From contig CBDVDH010000008.1 of assembly GCA_965372715.1 (NCBI GenBank), positions 1-64,000 on the forward strand: a DNA stretch of 64,000 nt. Direction: 5' to 3'. The stretch comes from an uncultured bacterium. Lineage in GTDB: Bacteria; B130-G9. Below, piece after piece: positions 1-11,800 of this stretch. How positions within the stretch are numbered: the stretch's first letter is position 1; the number at the start of each line of letters is the position of its first letter. A program made the translations under genes and the position numbers. The notes below the pieces were generated by a model that was given only the letters and a program-made list of their open reading frames with translations, searched no databases and was not told the origin of the DNA.

Positions 1-2062
<2,062 letters not shown>

Positions 2063-2118
2063 GCAACGCGCAGTGTTCACCACGCGTTGTGCTCCATAAA
2101 CCTTTTCCAAAAAAGCAA

Positions 2119-2130
2119 TGTCAAAGATCA
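2119..2130 (-). promoter_or_regulatory. boxA antitermination element in the 23S leader
   Basis: TGATCTTTGACA on minus strand, close to boxA consensus TGCTCTTTAACA, between the promoter and the 23S 5' end. Confidence 0.75.
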
Positions 2131-2170
2131 AGACCACGCCTTTTTTGAGCGTGGCTGCATCAGCGAAACA

Positions 2171-2199
2171 ACAATAGTGCTTTCGCTCCGTAATGTCAA
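2171..2199 (-). promoter_or_regulatory. sigma70-type promoter of the 23S gene
   Basis: TTGACA (2199-2194), 17 bp spacer, TATTGT (2176-2171), about 100 nt upstream of the 23S 5' end. Confidence 0.8.
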
Positions 2200-2363
2200 C
2201 ACTCTTTTTACATGAGAAGTTCCGTAAGACGGAAACGGGGGAAACTCCTCATCTCCCGCGAGTTGACTTTCTCGCGCCCCGTTTGTTATTTTGTTATATT
2301 GTTATAGATCATTGGCCCAGTCCACGCTATAAGCTAGCAGATTTACACAAAGAGGTTTGAGAG

Positions 2364-4070
2364 ATGACCTACATCTTAGGGATTAACGAGCTGTATCACG
2401 ACATTTCTGCCGCGCTGATCAAGGACGGCGAGATCGTGGGCGTGATGGAGGAGGAGAGGCTCAACCGCGTCAAGCACACGCCCGGCCTTTGCTGGGGCGG
2501 CAAGGAGCCTGAGCTCTCCATGCAGTGGCTTTTCGACGCTTTTGGCGTTCGGGATTCGGACATCGACGCGGTCGCCATTTCATACCACATGAACTCCTAT
2601 CTGGCTATAAAGACCATCGTTGACGCTGTGGTCGCCAACCTGAGGCGCATGACGCTCACAAACATAATCAAGCAGCGCATCGGCTCCGACGATCCGGCCG
2701 CGAAGGTCCTCTACGGCAACATCGTGGGCTACTTCTACAATCGCAAGAAGTTCCTGGCTCAGCTGAGGCGCCGGTTCAAGCGGGTCTTCGAGATCAAGCA
2801 TCATCTTTGCCACGCTGCGAGCGCGTTTCGGATGTCGGGCTTTGACAAGGCGAATATCTTGGTCATAGATGGCCTCGGCGAGGACCACTCCACCTCGCTT
2901 TTTATCGGGGACGGCAACACGATTTCGCGTCCGATTCGACAATACAGCCAGTATCAGTCGATGGGCATGCTCTACAAGACGATCACTTTCCTTTTGGGCT
3001 TTGGCTATTTCGGGGACGGCAAGCTGATGGGACTCTCGTCCTACGGCGAGTTCGATCCCAAATACGAGGGCATCCTCGAGGTCTCTCGCCACGACTACCA
3101 CGTCAACCTGGAGCAGATCAGAAAGGTCGGGCCGTATGCGAGGCGCTACAAGATGGGCGACCCCATCTTACAGGAGCACAAGAACATCGCAAAGACGATC
3201 CAGACTCAGTTGGAGCGAGCCGCGGTTGAGCTCGCTGAATACCTCTTTAAGATCACTGGCTACCGGAAGCTCTGCATCGCGGGCGGCGTGGGGCTCAACT
3301 GTAACATGAACGGTGTGCTGCTCAAACAGGACTTCATCGACGAGCTCTTCGTGCAGCCTGGCGCCATGGACATGGGCACAGCCATTGGCGGGGCGTTGGA
3401 GGCATACGCGATGCTGGGCCACGAGTCGAAAACGCGGCTTTCAACGGTCGCCTTCGGGCCCGGATACTCCGACGACCAGATCGAGGCAGCGCTCAAGCGG
3501 GCGGGGCTTCCGTATTACAGGTCGGAAGACGCGCCGAAAGAGGCGGCTCAGATGATGGCGGACAACAAGATCGTCGGCTGGTTCCAGGGCCGGATGGAGT
3601 TTGGCCCCCGGGCGCTCGGCTATCGCACGATCATGGGCAATCCCTGCAACCCTGAGATGAAGGACAGCGTGAACAAGGTCAAGGACCGCGAGCTCTGGCG
3701 GCCGCTTGCGCCGTCGGTGCTGGTGGAGGATATCCACGACTGGTTCGAGAACGCCGCCGAAAGCCCGTTCATGACGCTGAACTTCAAGTATAAGGACGGC
3801 ATGGGCGCCAAAGTCCCCTCTGTGCAGCACGTGGATGACACGGCAAGGATTCAAACGGTCTCAGAGCAAGAAAACCCGAGATACCACCGCTGCATAAACG
3901 AGTTCAAGAAACTCACCGGCGCATCGATGGTCCTGAACACGTCGTTTAACCGGCGCATCGAGCCGATAGTCTGCTCGATAGAAAACGCCATCGAGACATT
4001 CCTGAAGACGCCGATCGACTACCTCATCGCCAACGATTTCGTGGCCTCCAAGAACGGCAAGAAGGATTAA
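2364..4070 (+). CDS. O-carbamoyltransferase, NodU/CmcH/TobZ family
   Basis: Motifs EEERLNRVKH, HHLCHAASAF, GKLMGLSSYG, AGGVGLNC, GWFQGRMEFGPRALG, RPLAPS, HVDDTARIQTV, LNTSFN; RBS GAGG. Confidence 0.93.
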   Translation: MTYILGINELYHDISAALIKDGEIVGVMEEERLNRVKHTPGLCWGGKEPELSMQWLFDAFGVRDSDIDAVAISYHMNSYLAIKTIVDAVVANLRRMTLTNIIKQRIGSDDPAAKVLYGNIVGYFYNRKKFLAQLRRRFKRVFEIKHHLCHAASAFRMSGFDKANILVIDGLGEDHSTSLFIGDGNTISRPIRQYSQYQSMGMLYKTITFLLGFGYFGDGKLMGLSSYGEFDPKYEGILEVSRHDYHVNLEQIRKVGPYARRYKMGDPILQEHKNIAKTIQTQLERAAVELAEYLFKITGYRKLCIAGGVGLNCNMNGVLLKQDFIDELFVQPGAMDMGTAIGGALEAYAMLGHESKTRLSTVAFGPGYSDDQIEAALKRAGLPYYRSEDAPKEAAQMMADNKIVGWFQGRMEFGPRALGYRTIMGNPCNPEMKDSVNKVKDRELWRPLAPSVLVEDIHDWFENAAESPFMTLNFKYKDGMGAKVPSVQHVDDTARIQTVSEQENPRYHRCINEFKKLTGASMVLNTSFNRRIEPIVCSIENAIETFLKTPIDYLIANDFVASKNGKKD

Positions 4071-4074
4071 TTAG

Positions 4075-4400
4075 ATATGGGGGCAGCCGCAGCGTGCCCC
4101 CATGCCCCCCCGCTGCTTTTGTGCCTTGCGCCAATGAAATGCGTGGCATTTCCTTGGCGAGGTCGCTTGCCGCAGAGCGGCAAATGACCCCAGCCTGACG
4201 AATCAACCGCTTGATTGCCCTGCGGGTGCTTTGGAGTGCGGCGACCCGGCGCCGCTTTGAAGCGCCGCGGCCCGACGCGGCCGCACACAATAGATCATCG
4301 CTCGCCTCCCCAACACATGTTCATCTCCTGAGCAGCACGCTCAACAACATACGATGCCAGATCATCGCAATAAAAGCGGTGAGAGCTCACCGCACTCCAA
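4075..4400. repeat. Cluster of REP-like palindromes
   Basis: ATGGGGGCAGCCGCAGCGTGCCCCC after the stop; inverted pair TTGGAGTGCGGCGACCCGGCGCCGCTTT (4231) and AAAGCGGTGAGAGCTCACCGCACTCCAA (4373-4400). Confidence 0.65.
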
Positions 4401-4526
4401 AAGCGACTCCTTCCGGTCTGACATCCATCAATCTCATTTTTCGGAACATTTGGAATCGCGTTTGTTTCGCGGTATTATTCTGGTGAGACCTGATGCCAAA
4501 TCGATACTAATAATGAGCGTGCGGTC

Positions 4527-4820
4527 ATGCGAAAGACGGTTCTCTGCCTGGCATTCTTTCTGGCAATCGCCCTTACCGGCGCACGCGGCGACATGTGGAC
4601 GGTTTTGACCCCCGGCACCAACGTGATGAGCATCGCGCGGGACAACAGCGGCCACATGTGGTGCGGCGGCACATTCGGCGCCACCCGACTTGACCGCTGG
4701 GGATTTACGAAGGATACATACACCAGCGCCGACGGCCTGGCCGGCCATCCGGTTACCGACATCGCGATCGGAGCAGACGGGCGGAAATGGTTCGCAACCT
4801 GGAGCGCCGGCCTCAGCTGC
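4527..4820 (+). pseudogene. Truncated N-terminus of a secreted ligand-binding beta-propeller (Reg_prop-like) protein
   Basis: Signal peptide MRKTVLCLAFFLAIALTGARG, then blades MSIARDNSGHMWCG and TYTSADGLAGHPVTDIAIGADGRKWFATW. Similarity ends abruptly after GLSC (~4820); the ORF runs on in unrelated sequence to 4961. Confidence 0.7.
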
Positions 4821-4929
4821 CGAAACCAAGAAGCTCGCTCGCAACAGGCAGACTCGCTACCAGCTTTTGGAATCCAGCACCGAGAAACAGCGCGATGCGA
4901 GACGCGTTGTCATCAGGATTGCGGGCGCA

Positions 4930-5541
4930 TCAGACCGAATCGTCAAGCTCTGTCGCTATAGAATGGCGAATCGCTGAACGCCACTGCAATAGCCAGCTCG
5001 CTAAGATGTGAAGGGAGACTACCAGAACCAACAAGGTGCCCCTGATCCACGCGTTACCATGGAAGAACTGCCATGAAGCCCTCACCAAGAGCAAATAGAT
5101 GGGAAAAGAGAAAGAAAGAGCCAAGATGAGATCCTTACGTATGTACCGTCTTGCCTTAAAGCCAGCTATGACAGTCTTCTCTAGGGACAGATTCAGGAAG
5201 TCAGCACCGCCATAGTCTCGTGCGAGCCTGTGAAGTGCGAGCCACCTGTCAGCAATCTGGGTGAGTTTTTTGAATCTGAGCCAGAACAGGGCGGTTAAGA
5301 TAACGAGGAATCCAACTTGGCCCAAGATGGACTCGGGAGCGGACACAACATCTGGGAAATCCACCCTTTGAATGGTAATCACGGCAAGGCCACCAAGCAG
5401 TATAATCGCAAAATGCAATAGTCTATCGCGTTCGTGCTTTTCTGTATCAATCTCTCTTCGCGTTTGCACAAAATACTCGGTAATGAAGTTGGGCACTTCA
5501 CAAGATGGACGGCCAGCCCCCTTCGTCGTCAGATCATCCAT
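4930..5541 (-). CDS. Hypothetical membrane protein, ~4 TM helices
   Basis: ATG at 5541 with RBS GAGGAAG; four hydrophobic segments; directly downstream of the SEC-C gene; AT-richer than flanks. Confidence 0.7.
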   Translation of the reverse strand: MDDLTTKGAGRPSCEVPNFITEYFVQTRREIDTEKHERDRLLHFAIILLGGLAVITIQRVDFPDVVSAPESILGQVGFLVILTALFWLRFKKLTQIADRWLALHRLARDYGGADFLNLSLEKTVIAGFKARRYIRKDLILALSFSFPIYLLLVRASWQFFHGNAWIRGTLLVLVVSLHILASWLLQWRSAIRHSIATELDDSV

Positions 5542-5587
5542 AGCACGCTTCCTCAAGAGTCTCTGTAGAGAATCACGGCACCCGATA

Positions 5588-7066
5588 TTATCTTGCCTTT
5601 TTTGCTTTGCGCTCCAAATCAAGAAAGACGCCGAGCGGCAGCCGTTCGTGCTTCCTTCGCTTGGAATAGCCCTGCAACAGCTCTTTTATGCCGAAGGCGG
5701 CGACTCCCGCGCAAGCGGTTTTGAAGTCAATACCGCCTTGTAGGACCGCTGCGCCACCAAAAGCGGCTTCCAGTGCGAAGTTGCGAACTAGCGTGCGTTG
5801 AATGATCTGCCACTCCTTCTGATAATCGCTGTACTGCTGTTCGAGCTCGTCTTTGAATTCTTGGTAGATGTTCTTGCGTTCAAGGAATTCGGGAGAACTG
5901 GCCTTGTCCCAGACGCTGACCAGAAAAGTCCTAAGACGACCCAACCGATCATCCTTTCTCAAATTCAAAACGAAATCTAGGCTTACTGAATTAAGAAAGT
6001 TAAACTGCAATTCGCTGAAAGCTCGGGAGAGTTCAGTTAATGGATTTTCTTCAATACCGCTATCTCGCTGGACCGCGAAATCATACTGCCGCCGAAAAAC
6101 GTGGTCACCAAGAAGAAGAAAGGAATCACACAGGTTAGATACAAAAACGATTGACTCGAGATTATCCGGAGTCCCGAATTCTATGAAAGACCTGTTGCCC
6201 TCGCTCGGGACGTCCCACGCGTATCTTTGAGGGTTCTTCACATACTCTGCTTGAGAAATAGTGAGGGCCGCTTCTAGGAGCTGATCGCTAACAGATTCTG
6301 GGTACACTTTGGTGAGAAGATGTTGTATGTCCTCAGGACGCATACTCCTGCAAAGCTCAAGCATCCCGTCAGCGACGAACGTGCGTTCATAATCTTCCTT
6401 GTAGGATTCGATTCGCTTCCTCGCAATGTCCAAGACATTTCCAAAGAACATCTTGGGCTCACACCAAGACAACGAAGGCAGAACAGTGATTAACCGTTCC
6501 TTGATCCAAGGCTCGATCGAAACAAGGAATAGGACCTTGTCCATTGTCACTTTTTCCCATTTTTCCGGCTTTTGCAGAGGGGAGTCCTCATCATAGAGCC
6601 AGAAGGTGCATAGAGGGTTGCTGACTACAATATGAGGCGTGTACAGTGCGTACCGACCTATATATGGTATGATAGTATTGATGTTCATTTTGCCCCAATA
6701 GTGCCCTATGAAAGGTTGAGAAGAGAGCTCTTGGCAGATCTCGCATAGGGGTATCTCCCTGGGGAAATAGTGCAGGAAAGACTCGTAGACTAGACGGATG
6801 GTGTCCTTGCTGACCTTTCCCCTCAACCAACTGCTTCCAGTTTTCCAGTCAAACTCGATGCCGAATATCTGTCGAAGCAGGCCTATGAATTCAAGAGTGT
6901 TCGAATGCAGTTCCTGCCTATTAGTCGGGCAGTGCTTCGGGTACTCGACTTCTGCTCGATACCAGACGCCACCTTCTGCTCGGTCTTTGGTCCAACAGCA
7001 TCGCTTGTATTTCTCGCCGCTCCCGCAACGACACGGATCATTCCTGCCTAGCTTCTGTCGTTCCAT
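5588..7066 (-). CDS. SEC-C motif protein with uncharacterised C-terminal region
   Basis: N-terminal KLGRNDPCRCGSGEKYKRCC zinc motif; 492-aa ORF with RBS GAGG; AT-richer codon usage. Confidence 0.85.
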   Translation of the reverse strand: MERQKLGRNDPCRCGSGEKYKRCCWTKDRAEGGVWYRAEVEYPKHCPTNRQELHSNTLEFIGLLRQIFGIEFDWKTGSSWLRGKVSKDTIRLVYESFLHYFPREIPLCEICQELSSQPFIGHYWGKMNINTIIPYIGRYALYTPHIVVSNPLCTFWLYDEDSPLQKPEKWEKVTMDKVLFLVSIEPWIKERLITVLPSLSWCEPKMFFGNVLDIARKRIESYKEDYERTFVADGMLELCRSMRPEDIQHLLTKVYPESVSDQLLEAALTISQAEYVKNPQRYAWDVPSEGNRSFIEFGTPDNLESIVFVSNLCDSFLLLGDHVFRRQYDFAVQRDSGIEENPLTELSRAFSELQFNFLNSVSLDFVLNLRKDDRLGRLRTFLVSVWDKASSPEFLERKNIYQEFKDELEQQYSDYQKEWQIIQRTLVRNFALEAAFGGAAVLQGGIDFKTACAGVAAFGIKELLQGYSKRRKHERLPLGVFLDLERKAKKAR

Positions 7067-7290
7067 GGAAACCGACCTCTTTCTACCGCGTCGACTTCGT
7101 GCGCACGAATTATCTCAAGATGACAATGTGCCTGAAACGACAGATAGACACAAGCGCGCCCACGCTATCTGAGGAGACTGCGAGAGATAGCATCTTCAGC
7201 GAACGATTACATCGTCCGCCAATTATTCACTTCGACGCCGAAACTCTCAATGATCCCTTGCACTCTTGCCACGTCGGCCTTCACGGCTAA

Positions 7291-7905
7291 TGTATAGCTG
7301 TCGAATGGAGGCTTCCGGTCAAGGCAATTGTATTTGTCGGCGCCGAGCGTGCGCATCGGGTTGATGTCTATCTGCTCTAACCCCTGCGGGTGCGGTCGAA
7401 TGGCGTCGAGACGGTCTCGCGATTCGAGGACCTTCCGCTTCAGGTCAGAAGTATCATTACGATCAAGGCCCTCAGCTCAGACCTCAACGAGCCGAAAGTG
7501 TGCGTGGACACCGATGCAGATGGGTTGTTTGATCATATTGTTGAGGCATCAAGCGTCCAGACGACGCCGGCATATCCCATCCAGTCGCTCGGCTGGAACA
7601 AGGCCAACGCGGAGACCGTCGGTGAGGTCAAGGTTACTTTCACGCTCGTGAATCCGGGCCCTGTTCAAGACATCGATATTTACATTGCCTGCGACCTGGG
7701 CGATGGTCAGCTCCTGTTCTACCCGAACTTCACGCCCGCGCCGAGCGGCATCCTGTTCATGGCGCCCGTTCACTTCTATCTCGACCGCTTCTCGCTGATC
7801 GAGGCGCAGATACCCTACGGTCTTGCCATCGAGCCGATTCACTTCTACTGCGGCATCTCGTCGCCAGATGAGTTCCGCCTCCTCCGCCCGATCGACGTCC
7901 TCTGA
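7291..7905 (+). pseudogene. C-terminal fragment of a secreted protein carrying the shared C-terminal domain
   Basis: Frame interrupted by TAA at 7378-7380; no clear start or signal peptide; ends in VNPGPVQDIDIYIACDLGDGQLLFYP...FYCGISSP, matching the terminal domain of the giant proteins. Confidence 0.6.
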
Positions 7906-8141
7906 CCGCGAGGACCTGGCGCAGAAGGCGCACATTCCTACGTTTGAGCCATTCTATCCAGACACGATTGGCTACTCGTGTCGGAAGCCAACATCGTCCC
8001 CGTGCGTCTCGGTGGCTCAGGCGGGCGTCTCCACGATGTGGTTGGGACCCGCGGAGAGGCACCAGACGTGGTTGTCAGGCTTCGTTGCACGTTCAAAACT
8101 CCTGACGGACGATATGCTCTCTGCGTTGATGACGGCAGGGG

Positions 8142-8555
8142 TCATTTCACCTTTTTTCTAGGCAGGTAGGGGTTCTCGGGGTTGACGATGAGGCGCTCTC
8201 GTCTGGGGTCAACGACGACATCCATGTCCTGCATCGGAATAGCGCCGAGCAGCACCTCGTTGCCCATGACCACAACGTTTGCCGCGGAGACGCGGTTGGC
8301 GAACCTTATCTCGACGGGGCCCACGATCTCGACCTTCTCGGACTTGGAGTTCGCCAGCTCAACCTCCGTATAGCTAACGTGGTCGAGGCCCAACTGCACA
8401 GCGATGTGGTCCGGCACTACCATGTTCATAGCGCCTGTATCGACCATCGCGTTGACCTCAACCTGCCGTATCTTATCCTCCTCAAGCATCCCACGCTTGA
8501 ATAGAATCACGTCGCCAGCGTTCAACAGCTTCAGTTTCGCATAGACCATGCCCAT
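8142..8555 (-). CDS. Clan AA aspartic protease (AF_0612-like)
   Basis: AMVDTGAMNMVVP catalytic motif, VELANS flap, VLLGAIPMQDMDVVVDP; GGAGGTG RBS before ATG at 8555. Confidence 0.88.
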   Translation of the reverse strand: MGMVYAKLKLLNAGDVILFKRGMLEEDKIRQVEVNAMVDTGAMNMVVPDHIAVQLGLDHVSYTEVELANSKSEKVEIVGPVEIRFANRVSAANVVVMGNEVLLGAIPMQDMDVVVDPRRERLIVNPENPYLPRKKVK

Positions 8556-8673
8556 GTCATTCACCTCCGGTTCTCATGTTACCGCATTTCCCCCAGTAGT
8601 CAATTCGCGTATCGCGACCGCCGAGTAGGCTGGGCCATGATTCCGAAGACCGGATGTATAGAGCCAGGCCTTG

Positions 8674-8839
8674 GAGGCTGTCCCATAATAGGTTTTTCGA
8701 TGGACACCTATCAGGATGGTGGAATATGACATACTATATATAGGGGTTCGCCGCGCGGCGAATGTCTGCCCAATATATAGATGGCCGGAGGCAAGCCCCG
8801 CACCACATCTCAGCCCAGGCTCAACTTATGCATAATCTG
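8674..8839. mobile_element. Degenerate IS1182-like MITE with internal REP-like hairpins
   Basis: Left end GAGGCTGTCCCATAA resembles the TIRs at 31563 and 46754; right end TTATGCATAATCTG is decayed. Confidence 0.4.
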
Positions 8840-8897
8840 GCATGGGGGCGCCGGCAAGGGTTATCGCCTCGCCAGCCGTGCCCCGCAACCCCAAATC

Positions 8898-11800
8898 CTA
8901 TAGCAGCGTAAAGGTTGCCGTGCCGATGTCGGAGTGTGTCGTCAGCGTGCCCGGCTCGACTAGCGCCGAAAACAGCATGAACTGCCCGGGCACGTCGAAC
9001 GGGGCGTCCGAAGGCAGATTCATCACAACCGCCTCTAGCACCAGGTCGAGGTCAGGCGGCGTCTCAAGATATGTCAGCAACGGATAGACGCCGGTTATCC
9101 AGACCACATCCGCGCCGAACCCCGTCGGACACCAGAACTCGCCGTCGGACCCAAGGAGCACCAAATAGAAATCGCTTGTCAGCGGGTAGGGCGGCAGACC
9201 GACGTCGAGCGATATGCGCACAGTATCCGCGGTCAGCGAATACGTTTCGGCGTTCGTGAACACATCAACGAACGGCTCGCCAGTCAGCGTGAACTCATCG
9301 AAAGAATAGTTGGACACGAAGTTCAGCGTGCCCGGTTCCACTGCGGCCATCCGAAGCGTGTAGGTTCCAGACTTCGCTATTCTCGGATACTCGGAGGGCA
9401 GAACCGAGCTCCACCACTGCATTGACAGGTCAAATCCCGCTCTGATCGGGAAGTCCGTAACGAGCGGCCGGAGGTCGTCCGTCCACCAGCTCAGAAGCGA
9501 GGCGGACCAATTCATCTCCTCAATACCGCCCAGCTCATAAGTCAGCACGAGATAGATATCGACAGTAACCGGCTCGCCAGTGTTTTCCACCGAGATGTCA
9601 ATCTCTAGTGTTTCGCCAAAAGCGAAGGCATCAGCATTGGCTGAGACATCCACGGTCAGCTCGCCGGCGGCAACGCCTTCTCCTGAGAGAACAATGTCAT
9701 AAACCGGCGTATCAGGATCGTTAGAGGCGATAGAGAGTTCGCCCTCAAATAAGCCCTCTTCATCAGGCGAGAACATGACTGTTATGTTGACGTCATCACC
9801 GGGACCAAGCGTTATTGGAAGAGGCGAAGGGCAGTCCAAATCGAACGGGCCGTCGTCAACGGACATGCCGATGATGAAGAGATCAGAATCGCCGTCGTTG
9901 CGGACGACCAGCGTCTCCGTCGCTTCTTCCCCGACATTGACCTGGCCGAAATCGATACTGTCCCTGTTCACCCAAATGTCCGCTCCGGGGAGGCTATACA
10001 CAGTCGTGCAATCCGGCTCCGGCGGCGCCTCTTCAACGTTGCCGGCGTTGTCGGTCGCGACCGTGTAGAAATCGAACGTCCCCTCGCCGTCGGGCGCATC
10101 GAAATTGAAGCTCCCCGAGGACCCTGCTTGAGCTGCGCCCCAATCCTGCCATGCGCCGCCGTTGAACCGGTACTTAAGCGCCGTCCCGGCAATCCCCGAT
10201 GTAGTGTCGGACGCGGTGAAGTCAACGTCAAAAGGCGCCGACGTGACTGACTCGAGCGACGTGCAGGATGATTGAGGCGCGGTCGTGTCATAGATGGTTG
10301 AATCGTCAGCGGTGGCGGGCGCCGGCTCGACGTTGCCAGCGTTGTCGATGGCGATCGTGTAGAACCCGTATGTCCCGTCGCCATCTGCCGGCGCGAAGTC
10401 GAAGCTGCCGGACGTCCCGGTCTCTGTCAGGCCGCTATCCGTCCAGCTTCCGCCGTTGAAGCGATACCATAGCTGGGTCTCTGCGACGCCTGACGATGGG
10501 TTGTCGCTGGCCGTGAAGTCAACGGCAATCGGCGAGGAGTTGGCGTATTGCGGACTCGTGCAGGATGATTGAGGCGCGATCGTGTCATAGACGGTTGAAT
10601 CGTCCGCTGCGCCCGGCGCCGGCTCGACGTTGCCGGCGTTGTCGATGGCGATCGTATAGAACTCGTACGTCCCATCGCCACCGGCCGGGAAGTCGAAGCT
10701 CCCCGACGTGCCGGTCTGAGTTAGACCAGCGTCAGTCCAATCCCCACCGTTGAATCTATACCACAGCTGGGTTTCTGCGAGGCCTGACGATGGGCTGTCG
10801 CTTGCCGTGAAGTCAACGGCAATCGGCGAGGAGTTAGCATATTGCGGGCTTGTGCAGGATGATTGCGGCGCTGTGGTGTCGTATTCGGTCGAATCGTCCG
10901 CCGTCCCCGGCGCCGCCTCGACGTTGCCGGCGTTGTCCATGGCGATCGTGTAGAACTCATACGTCCCATCGCCGTCGGCCGGGAAGTCGAAGCTCCCCGA
11001 CGTGCCAGTCGCAGTTAGCCCAGTGTCGGTCCAATCTCCGCCGTTGAAGCGGCACCACAGCTGGGTTTCCGCGAGGCCTGACGACGGGCTGTCGCTTGCC
11101 GTGAAATCAACGGCAATTGGCGAGGAGTTAGCGTATTGCGGACTCATGCAGGATGATTCAGGCGCGGTCGTATCGTATTCAGTGGAGTCGTCCGCTGCGC
11201 CCGGCGCCGCCTCGACGTTGCCGGCGTTGTCGATGGCGATCGTGTAGAACCCGTATGTCCCATCGTCACCGGCCGGGAAGTCGAAGCTCCCCGACGTGCC
11301 GGTCTCGAAAAGGCCGCTGTCAGTCCAATCCCCACCGTTGAAGCGATACCACAGCTGGGTTTCCGCGAGGCCTGACGATGGCCTGTCACTTGCCGTGAAA
11401 TCAACGGCAATCGGTGAGGAGTTAGCGTATTGCGGACTCGTGCAGGATGATTCAGGCGCGGTCGTGTCGTATTCAGTGGAGTCGTCCGCTGCGCCCGGCG
11501 CCGCCTCGACGTTGCCGGCGTTGTCGATGGCGATCGTGTAGAACCCGTATGTCCCATCGTCACCGGCCGGGAAGTCGAAGCTCCCCGACGTGCCGGTCTC
11601 GAAAAGGCCGCTGTCAGTCCAATCCCCACCGTTGAAGCGATACCACAGCTGGGTTTCCGCGAGGCCTGACGATGGCCTGTCACTTGCCGTGAAATCAACG
11701 GCAATCGGTGAGGAGTTAGCGTATTGCGGACTCGTGCAGGATGATTCAGGCGCGGTCGTATCGTATTCAGTAGAGTCGTCCGCTGCGCCCGGTACCGCCT

